Origin: Dehalococcoidia bacterium
GTDB taxonomy: Bacteria > Chloroflexota > Dehalococcoidia > Plut-88900
NCBI GenBank assembly: GCA_965207225.1
Contig: CBDBLV010000004.1
Coordinates: 352,001 to 416,000 of the forward strand
Length of the DNA stretch: 64,000 bases
Direction of reading: 5' to 3'
The notes below the pieces were generated by a model, which was not told where the DNA came from, did no database searches, and saw only the letters and a list, made by a program, of their open reading frames with translations. A program made the position numbers and the translations under genes. Each line of letters starts with the position of its first letter. Positions within the stretch are counted from its first letter, which is position 1. Below are positions 56,945 to 64,000 of this stretch, one piece after another.

Positions 56945-57835
56945 ATGGCCGACCCCAGACAAGACGCTCAAGATGCTCTTCAAGAGGGGGCACGTTTCCT
57001 TGACCAGGGGCTGATTGAAGAAGCCATCACGCTCTTCGACCGCGCCATCAAGCAGGACGGAACACTGGTGGATGCGTACCTACGCCGGTCCGAGGCGCAT
57101 AATTTCAAGGGGGAGTCGGGCAAGGCCGTGACCGACGCAACCAAAGCCCTGATGCTTGACCCTCACAATGCAGGGGCTTTCGTGGACCGGGCTTCCGCCT
57201 ACATCAACATGGGGAACTATGAACGGGCGCTGGCAGACGCCAACGAGGCAATCTCGCTGGCGCCGACTGCGGCCGCGCACGTGAATCGGGGGGCGGCGTA
57301 CCGCGGGTTGGGAAAGGTCATCATGGCGCTTGGGGATTTCAACAAGGCGGTAAGCCTCGAGCCTCGGTATCCGCTGGCATTCAGCCACAGGGCGAGCGCG
57401 TTCCTGGCCATAGGTGTCCACGATAGGGCTATTCAAGATGCTACTGCCGCAATCGATCTGGACCCCCGTCTTCTACAGCCATACATAGACAGGGGTGAGG
57501 CATATCGGCACAAGGGGGACCTGGACAAGGCCGTAAGGGACGCCACCACGGTGCTCGGGGTCCAGCCCAACCTCGTTATCGGGCTGGTCAACCGGGCCGC
57601 GGCATATCTTGACCAGGACAATGCCACCGACGCCCTGGCCGACTGCGAGTCCGTTCTCGCCCAGGAACCTGAGAATGTCCTTGCCATCAACAACCGGGCT
57701 ATAGCCCTGGCCAAGCTGGGACGTACTGATGAGGCTCTCGACTCCCTGGAACAGGCCGTGGTGCTGGCAAAGTCCGAGGAAGTGAGGATGCATTTGGCGA
57801 TGGTTATGGAACGCATTGAAGGGGCCCGGCAATAA
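56945..57835 (+). CDS. Tetratricopeptide repeat protein
   Basis: About eight ~34-aa repeats (A..D...A..L.P....A...R). Confidence 0.9.
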   Translation: MADPRQDAQDALQEGARFLDQGLIEEAITLFDRAIKQDGTLVDAYLRRSEAHNFKGESGKAVTDATKALMLDPHNAGAFVDRASAYINMGNYERALADANEAISLAPTAAAHVNRGAAYRGLGKVIMALGDFNKAVSLEPRYPLAFSHRASAFLAIGVHDRAIQDATAAIDLDPRLLQPYIDRGEAYRHKGDLDKAVRDATTVLGVQPNLVIGLVNRAAAYLDQDNATDALADCESVLAQEPENVLAINNRAIALAKLGRTDEALDSLEQAVVLAKSEEVRMHLAMVMERIEGARQ

Positions 57836-57927
57836 CATCTGCCAGCCATATCGGCGATGCCGGAGAGAATTTCGCTCATTCACTTGTTGTAAAATTGACC
57901 GTAAGTCTGAGATAAACCTGCTGCGTC

Positions 57928-58602
57928 ATGCGATTTGCATTTTTCTCCATCTTTATTCTCGCAGTGTTGGCCTTCGTGGTGGGGTGTTCCTCGGGGGGCG
58001 GGGGTGAGCCAACGCTGGCGCCCGACGTCGAGGGCGCTGCTCCGACAGCACCACCAGAGAGCCCGACGCCTCCGCCCGTGGCGCTGGTCGAATGGGGGGA
58101 CGAGGACTGCATTTTCCGGCCGCCGGGGGAGCTGGGAGAGCTGACTCGGGTCACGAGGACGTATGTTGAAAACGATCCCAAGCTCAACATCGAGCGGATA
58201 TTCCTGAGGTTCCGGCAGTCGGAGACCGAGTCCACGATCCTCCGCTGCGACATGAACACCGCCGGGCTGTTCTCCACGTGGTGGGTACAGTCCTTCGCCA
58301 CGGAAGAAGAAGCCAAGAGCCTCTTCGAGTCTATGGTGCTGGTCACCGCTTCTGAGGTGGACGAACTGAACAGCAATCCCCTCTCGTGCGCCATTATCAG
58401 AGCAGGTCGGGAAGGGTCGGAGAGCTACCAGCTGGACTTCGCGGACAAAGGGCTATGCGAGACCGACGTATTCAACGGCCGGAGTGCCGTGGTGCAGTAT
58501 GGGACCACCGTCATAGGCATCGATTCCCAGTTCTACGAAGAGTTCTTCGAGCCGCTGCTTGCCCACGCCAAGGCCGTGGTAGACAAGAGGGCTTCTTCCT
58601 GA
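57928..58602 (+). CDS. Hypothetical lipoprotein
   Basis: Signal peptide with lipobox-like VVGC, Pro-rich linker. Confidence 0.7.
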   Translation: MRFAFFSIFILAVLAFVVGCSSGGGGEPTLAPDVEGAAPTAPPESPTPPPVALVEWGDEDCIFRPPGELGELTRVTRTYVENDPKLNIERIFLRFRQSETESTILRCDMNTAGLFSTWWVQSFATEEEAKSLFESMVLVTASEVDELNSNPLSCAIIRAGREGSESYQLDFADKGLCETDVFNGRSAVVQYGTTVIGIDSQFYEEFFEPLLAHAKAVVDKRASS

Positions 58603-58603
58603 T

Positions 58604-59437
58604 TTGCGTGTCTCGGGTCTCGTCCCGTCTCCTTCTTCGTTAACCGCCGCTCCCCCGCGGCCCGTCTCGGCTCTCCTAGCCCTTCTCGAAAATCGGTATG
58701 CCAGGGAAGGGACTTTGCTGGTCCTGGGATACGCGGCCTACATGCTGCTTCGGCAGGTGTTTCCCGAGGACTTGGAGACCGTGGGCCGGGCCAACGCTGC
58801 GAGAGTGATCGACGTTGAGAGGGCGCTGGGTATCTACTGGGAGCCGGCGATCCAGTCGGGACTCCTGGCCGAGGCACCGTGGGTGGTGACGTTTTTCAAC
58901 TGGGCGTATTCGCTCGGGTTTTTGCCTGTGCTCGTGCCCGGGGCCCTGATTCTGATGACGCTGCGCTACGACACATTCATCTACTTCCGTCGGGTCTTCC
59001 TGATCAGCTATGTAATGACGTGGGCGCTGTGGTTGACCGTTCCCGTGACCCCACCAAGGCTGATGCCGGAAGAAGGATTCATCGATGCGATAGAGGTCAT
59101 GGGGCCGGCCTTTTACAACAGCAAGCAGGCAATCGCGTTCTACAACCAGCACTCGGCGATGCCGAGCATGCACTTCGGGTGGACGCTGCTATTCTCGGTA
59201 ATGTTGTTAAAGACGGGGAGTCGGGCATTGAGGTTGTTCGGGGTCGTGTACCCGGTGGCAGCGTTCGGGGCGATCATTGTCACTGCGAACCATTATTTCC
59301 TGGATGCAGTGGCGGGTGGGGTGATAGTCGGGTCTGCATTTGCGATCTATCATTTGGCGCAAGGGTCAACAAAAGCGCGGCCCGCGTCACCTGAAAAGCC
59401 TGGTGCACTAGCCTTGGACAGTGATATCACCCGGTGA
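58604..59437 (+). CDS. PAP2 family (IPC-synthase-like) membrane protein
   Basis: PVTPPRL, AMPSMHFGW, TANHYFLDAVAG. Confidence 0.85.
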   Translation: MRVSGLVPSPSSLTAAPPRPVSALLALLENRYAREGTLLVLGYAAYMLLRQVFPEDLETVGRANAARVIDVERALGIYWEPAIQSGLLAEAPWVVTFFNWAYSLGFLPVLVPGALILMTLRYDTFIYFRRVFLISYVMTWALWLTVPVTPPRLMPEEGFIDAIEVMGPAFYNSKQAIAFYNQHSAMPSMHFGWTLLFSVMLLKTGSRALRLFGVVYPVAAFGAIIVTANHYFLDAVAGGVIVGSAFAIYHLAQGSTKARPASPEKPGALALDSDITR

Positions 59438-59443
59438 TATCAT
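59415..59443 (+). promoter_or_regulatory. hicAB promoter with operator palindrome
   Basis: TGGACA-17-TATCAT containing TGATATCACC-C-GGTGATATCA. Confidence 0.7.
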
Positions 59444-59449
59444 ATTTGA

Positions 59450-59713
59450 GTGAGGCGGAAACACCGTAGGACTCTAGCCGCCATATTCGAAAGCCCTACG
59501 AGGTCGGGTATCCGGTGGGCGGATATTGAGTCTTTGCTCCTGGCTTTGGGAGCTGAGATGGAGGAGCGGGCAGGATCCAGGGTTACATTCTACCTGGGCA
59601 ATGCGGTGGGACATTTCCACAGGCCTCACCCACACCCTGAAACTACAAAGAAATCAATTGAGTCAACGAGGAGGTTTCTCGAAAGGGTGGAGATCGAAGA
59701 TGCTGACTTATAA
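59450..59713 (+). CDS. hicA: HicA toxin
   Basis: KH..TL..IF..P, GSRV, FHRPHP. Confidence 0.9.
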   Translation: MRRKHRRTLAAIFESPTRSGIRWADIESLLLALGAEMEERAGSRVTFYLGNAVGHFHRPHPHPETTKKSIESTRRFLERVEIEDADL

Positions 59714-60026
59714 GGGATATAGAGCATCAGTAATTTACGACGATGAAGCAGATGTGCTCCATGGTGAGGTCTTGGGTCCCAGGTCTGTTATCACTTTTCA
59801 GGCGACCTCAATAGAACAGTTAAAGCGAGAGTTTGAATTTTCGGTTGAGGATTATCTGGCTTTCTGCGCTGAAAGAGGCTTAGAACCTGACAAGCCTTCA
59901 TCCGGCAAAATCTCCCTCCGAGTCACTCCCCAACTGCACAGCGCCGCAATATCCGCCGCCAGCCTTGAAGGCTTGAGCCTCAACGCATGGATTTCCAAGA
60001 CGATTGAAAAGGCTGCTATCGGTTAA
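59700..60026 (+). CDS. hicB: HicB antitoxin
   Basis: MLTYKGY, SVEDYL..C, SGK..LR...LH, SLNAWI. Confidence 0.9.
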   Translation: MLTYKGYRASVIYDDEADVLHGEVLGPRSVITFQATSIEQLKREFEFSVEDYLAFCAERGLEPDKPSSGKISLRVTPQLHSAAISAASLEGLSLNAWISKTIEKAAIG

Positions 60027-60097
60027 GTCGAAATCCTTAGCAATAGCGTCGGGGGCTTGGCAATGCCAAGCCCCCGAGTCTTTTGGCCAAGTATTTG

Positions 60098-60910
60098 TCA
60101 GTGCTCCATTATCAGGCCGCCATCGATGTTTATGGACTGGCCGTGGATCCAGGATGCGGCCTTTGTGCACAGGTAGGCTATGAATTCACCCACCTCCTCG
60201 TCAGTGCCGTTCCTGCCGATGGGCGTAGTTCGGGCCATCAGTTCCCAGGCATCGGAGTAGACGAGGTCGTCCATCCTGTGGGTGTCAACGGCGCCGGGGC
60301 ATACGCAGTTCACGTTGACCCCGTAAGGGCCCAACTCCTCGGCCATCGTTTGGGTCATGGCAACCTGGGCGAAGCACCCGGCGCAGTAGGCCAGGGCGTC
60401 GGCGCTGCCCCGCTTTCCCGCCCCCGAGGACACATTGATTATCTTGCCACCCTCGCCCCGGGCCAGCATGACCTGAGCGGCGGCCTTGGAGCAGAGGTAG
60501 GTGCCCCATACCTTTATGTCTACCACTCTTTTGAATATGTCGTCGTCCAGCATAACGGTCGGTACCCGATCTGCGCCCCGGGCGTAGGCTGCGTTGTTTA
60601 CTACGATGTCGATCCGGCCGAACTCCCGTACCGTCTTCGCTGTCATGTCCGCCACCTGCTCAGGGCTGGACACGTCCAGTACCAGGGGAAGGGCCCTTCG
60701 TCCGAGGGCCCGGACCTGCTCGGCGGTGCTTTCAATGTCCTTCCAGCCTATGGCTTTCTCGTCATCGGGAAAGGAGTCGGGGTTCCGACCCGTGCCCGTG
60801 GGCACGATGTCGGCGCCCAGCTTCGCCAGGGCTACGCACGCCGCTCTCCCTATGCCCCGCAGCCTCCCGGCACCCGTCACAATCGCAACTTGGCCATCCA
60901 GTTCTCCCAT
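60098..60910 (-). CDS. SDR oxidoreductase, paralog 1
   Basis: TGAGRLRGIG, VNNAA, NVSS, YCAGC, CPG, IDGG. Confidence 0.9.
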   Translation of the reverse strand: MGELDGQVAIVTGAGRLRGIGRAACVALAKLGADIVPTGTGRNPDSFPDDEKAIGWKDIESTAEQVRALGRRALPLVLDVSSPEQVADMTAKTVREFGRIDIVVNNAAYARGADRVPTVMLDDDIFKRVVDIKVWGTYLCSKAAAQVMLARGEGGKIINVSSGAGKRGSADALAYCAGCFAQVAMTQTMAEELGPYGVNVNCVCPGAVDTHRMDDLVYSDAWELMARTTPIGRNGTDEEVGEFIAYLCTKAASWIHGQSINIDGGLIMEH

Positions 60911-60935
60911 TTGTTTCTCCGCTTGCTTTCTATCC

Positions 60936-61748
60936 CTAGTGTTCCATGATCAGCCCACCGTCGATATTTATCGACTGGCCGTGAATCCAGGAAGCCGCAT
61001 TGGTGCAAAGGTAGGCGATGAACTCTCCCACCTCGTCGTCGGTGCCGTTCCGCCCGATGGGGGTCTCCATGGCCATCTCGTTCCAGGCGTCCGAATGTAC
61101 GAGGTCGTCCATGCGGTGGGTGTCCACGGCCCCCGGGCAAACGCAGTTGACATTCACGCCGTAGGGGCCGAGCTCGTGGGCCAAGGTCTGGGTCATGGCC
61201 ACCTGGGCAAAACACCCGGCGCAGTAGGCCAGAGTCTCAGCGTCTCCCCTCTTCCCCGCACCGGACGAGATGTTGATAATCTTTCCACCCTCGCCGCCTG
61301 CCAGCATCACCTGTGCCGCCGCCTTGGAACAGAGATAGGTGCCGAGAATCTTGATATCTACGACCTTCTTGAAAACGGCATCGTCGAGGACCACGGTCGG
61401 GACGCGGTCGGCGCCCCGGGCGTAGGCGGCGTTGTTAACCATGATGTCTATTCGTCCGAACTCCCGCACCGTTTTTGCCGCCATATCGGCTACGTGCTCA
61501 GCGTTGGTCACGTCGACAATCATGGGCAGGGCCCTGCGCCCGAGGGCCCGGACCTGCTCGGCGGTGCTTTCGATATCCTTCCAGCCGACGGCTTTCTCGT
61601 CGTCAGGGAAGGTGTCGGGGTTCCGGCCCGTGCCCGTGGGAACGATGTCGGCGCCCAGCTTAGCGAGGGCGACGCACGCTGCCCGACCAATACCCCTCAG
61701 CCTCCCTGCCCCGGTTACGATTGCAACCTTGCCATCCAGTTCACCCAT
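60936..61748 (-). CDS. SDR oxidoreductase, paralog 2
   Basis: 270 aa, near-identical to paralog 1. Confidence 0.9.
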   Translation of the reverse strand: MGELDGKVAIVTGAGRLRGIGRAACVALAKLGADIVPTGTGRNPDTFPDDEKAVGWKDIESTAEQVRALGRRALPMIVDVTNAEHVADMAAKTVREFGRIDIMVNNAAYARGADRVPTVVLDDAVFKKVVDIKILGTYLCSKAAAQVMLAGGEGGKIINISSGAGKRGDAETLAYCAGCFAQVAMTQTLAHELGPYGVNVNCVCPGAVDTHRMDDLVHSDAWNEMAMETPIGRNGTDDEVGEFIAYLCTNAASWIHGQSINIDGGLIMEH

Positions 61749-61884
61749 AACCTGCTCCAAACTTTCGAGATTTATCTGCGGAAAAGCGGCGTCCCGGTCG
61801 TTTGGCAGTTTAGGGAGCAGCCCCTATTCCGTCAACGCCCGCGGCCCCTTGCACCCGACTCCCGAACGACCTACCCTACCGACT

Positions 61885-62754
61885 ATGTTGGGATTCAAGA
61901 CGGGCATGGTGACGGCTAATTCCCTCGACTTTGCCTACGTGGAGTCGGGTGAAGGACCCCTGGTGCTGTGCCTCCACGGATTCCCCGACAACGCTCTCAC
62001 CTATCGTTACCTGATGCCCAAGCTAGCTGAATCCGGGTTCCGGGCCGTGGCCGCCTATATGAGAGGCTATGCGCCTACATCCGTCCCTGCCGACGGTCGG
62101 TACCAATCCGCAACGCTGGGGCGGGACGCCCTAGACCTGATTGAGGCCCTGGGGTCGGACTCGGCCTTTGTGATTGGACACGACTGGGGAGCGCTGGCCG
62201 GATATTCCGCGGCAACCCTCGGGCCGGAGAGGGTGTTAAAGCTGGTCACCCTCGGGGCTGCGCACCCGGGCGCTTCCCTTGACCACGACTTCGATTACTT
62301 GCGGGGCACGTGGCATTCCTACTACTTCCAGCTGCCCGCGGCGGAGGCCACTTTGCCCCATAACGACTTCCAGTTCATAGCCGACTGGTGGAAAAATGCT
62401 TCGCCCAACTGGGATATACCGCCTGAACTACTGGAGTCGGTTAAGGAGACTTTCAGGCAGCCGGGAGTCGTGCAGGCTGCACTGGAATACTACCGGCACG
62501 CAGTTAACCCTGACCTACGGGGTCCTGCCCTGGAAGAAACGGAATCCAAGCTGGCAGCCGGGCCTATCAGCGTACCCACCCTCGCCCTCCACGGCACCCA
62601 CGACCGGCCCAAGCGCCTCGAGTCCTTCGAGCAGATGGACAGATTCTTCTCGGGGCCGTTGACCAAGGTAGTGCTGCCGGGCACGGGCCATTTCCTCCAC
62701 CTGGAAGAACCCGAGGGAACGTCCCGGCTAGTGTTGGACTTCCTGAGTTCCTAG
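61885..62754 (+). CDS. Alpha/beta hydrolase (epoxide hydrolase-like)
   Basis: LHGFP, GHDWGA, YYR, GHFLHLE. Confidence 0.9.
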   Translation: MLGFKTGMVTANSLDFAYVESGEGPLVLCLHGFPDNALTYRYLMPKLAESGFRAVAAYMRGYAPTSVPADGRYQSATLGRDALDLIEALGSDSAFVIGHDWGALAGYSAATLGPERVLKLVTLGAAHPGASLDHDFDYLRGTWHSYYFQLPAAEATLPHNDFQFIADWWKNASPNWDIPPELLESVKETFRQPGVVQAALEYYRHAVNPDLRGPALEETESKLAAGPISVPTLALHGTHDRPKRLESFEQMDRFFSGPLTKVVLPGTGHFLHLEEPEGTSRLVLDFLSS

Positions 62755-62766
62755 ATCTCTCGAGTC

Positions 62767-63618
62767 TCAGGCCCAGTCGGGGTCCAGGCCCGTCATCCGG
62801 CAGCTGATGTCCCAGAGGCGTCGGGCCGATTCCTCATCATAGGACTCCCGGGATGACGACACTGGCGCCTCCTTGACGAAGTACTTTCCGCTAACCCCTT
62901 CTACATCCTCTGAGGATGCCAGGTAAACCGAGGTCCGGGCCCCGGACTCCATGCTGACTGCCGCGATCCTGGTCACGGCCTTCAGCTTGCGGGGCAGTCC
63001 TCCGGCGTCGGCGAGCAGGTTTGTAGCCACGACTCCCGGGTGCAGGCAATTCACTGTGACTCCCGACCCTTCGAGTCTTCTCGCCAGCTCGTAGGTGAAC
63101 AGGATGTTGGCCAGTTTGGTCTTGCCGTAGACCCGGGTCCGCCCGTACTGCCTTTCAGACTGGAGGTCATCAAAGTCGATGGTAGCTCCCGCATGGACCT
63201 GGGAAGCAACATTCACGACTCGGGCGGGGGTGTTGGCCTTGAGCAGGTCCATCAGCAACCCGGTGAGGTGGAAGTAGGCCAGGTGATTAACGGCAAACTG
63301 CACCTCCAGCCCATCCTTGGTGATTTCCCGCCGGCGCGGGATCACGGCGGCGTTGTTCAAGAGAATGTTCAGATCACTGAATTCATGCTTTACGTCCCCC
63401 GCCAGTCTCTCGATCGCAGAAGGATCGGAGAGGTCAGCGATAAGGAGGTGCACGTTTTCGTTGCCGGTCTTTTGCTTGACTATCTGCAGGGCCTCCCGAC
63501 CTCGCCCCTGATCTCGGCTGACCATGAGGACTCGGGCCCCGAGCCTGGCAAGGCCAATGGAGGTAGCAAGCCCGATGCCCGCGTTGGCCCCCGTTATCAA
63601 CACAGTTTTGTCTTTCAT
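62767..63618 (-). CDS. SDR (retinol dehydrogenase/WWOX-like)
   Basis: TGANAGIG, NHL, YGKTKLAN, HPGVV, GKYF. Confidence 0.9.
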   Translation of the reverse strand: MKDKTVLITGANAGIGLATSIGLARLGARVLMVSRDQGRGREALQIVKQKTGNENVHLLIADLSDPSAIERLAGDVKHEFSDLNILLNNAAVIPRRREITKDGLEVQFAVNHLAYFHLTGLLMDLLKANTPARVVNVASQVHAGATIDFDDLQSERQYGRTRVYGKTKLANILFTYELARRLEGSGVTVNCLHPGVVATNLLADAGGLPRKLKAVTRIAAVSMESGARTSVYLASSEDVEGVSGKYFVKEAPVSSSRESYDEESARRLWDISCRMTGLDPDWA

Positions 63619-63716
63619 ATTCTTGTTTTGTATTCCTTGGATTGGCTATTGCCGGGGGAGGATACCAGATAACCCACCACCGACACGCCTGTATAATCCT
63701 CTCTCGTGAGGGTAAT

Positions 63717-64000
63717 ATGAAGCTGCACCTGGTAGACGGGACCTACGAACTATTTCGGGGGCATTTTGCCTTGCCGCCCCTCTCATCGCCCGATGGTCGG
63801 CCCGTGGCTGCGGTCAGGGGGCTGATCCAGACCTTGTTGCTGCTTTTGCGCCAGCCCGACGTGACCCACGTAGCCTGCGCCTTTGATCACGTGGTCGAGT
63901 CTTTTCGAAATGACCTGTTCCCGGCATACAAAGACGGGCGGGGAATCCCGGAGGAGCTGGCTTCTCAATTCGGTCTCGCCGAAGAGGCCGTGAGAGCCTT
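63717..64000 (+). CDS. 5'-3' exonuclease / flap endonuclease (PIN), runs off window
   Basis: Manual translation MKLHLVDGTYELFR...AFDHVVESFRNDLFPAYK. Confidence 0.85.
   Translation, partial: MKLHLVDGTYELFRGHFALPPLSSPDGRPVAAVRGLIQTLLLLLRQPDVTHVACAFDHVVESFRNDLFPAYKDGRGIPEELASQFGLAEEAVRA

Noticed and set aside
60594-61919. 441-aa plus-strand ORF and the long N-extension of the hydrolase ORF from 61432
   Set aside because: Antisense to the SDR pair; hydrolase similarity begins near 61885

Overview
GC-rich bacterial chromosomal window. Gene content (minimal mraZ-rsmH-ftsZ cluster, nrdR-nrdJ, alpha2-type GlyRS, paralogous SDRs/M24s/MFS) suggests Chloroflexota, Dehalococcoidia/SAR202-like; this is an inference. 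It holds about 60 CDS, mostly housekeeping, two tRNAs, two toxin-antitoxin pairs and many REP-like palindromes. Main candidates for novelty: (1) a CoA-transferase-fold alpha subunit interrupted by an in-frame TGA at a predicted active-site position and followed by a bacterial SECIS-like hairpin, i.e. a candidate selenoprotein (17305-18174, -). (2) Two copies (about 21.4-22.1 kb and 51.8-52.6 kb) of an ORF-less unit, each with its own TTGACA-17-TATNNT promoter, a conserved ~220-nt 5' part, a conserved ~50-nt 3' tail and a co-varying long-range stem enclosing an unrelated 278- or 425-nt insert. (3) A circularly permuted CcdA. (4) An anti-SD-loop multi-hairpin RNA after nrdJ. (5) A probable AUA start for proC. 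(6) Tandem SDRs with YxxxC instead of YxxxK. All family assignments come from motif recognition; no searches were run.
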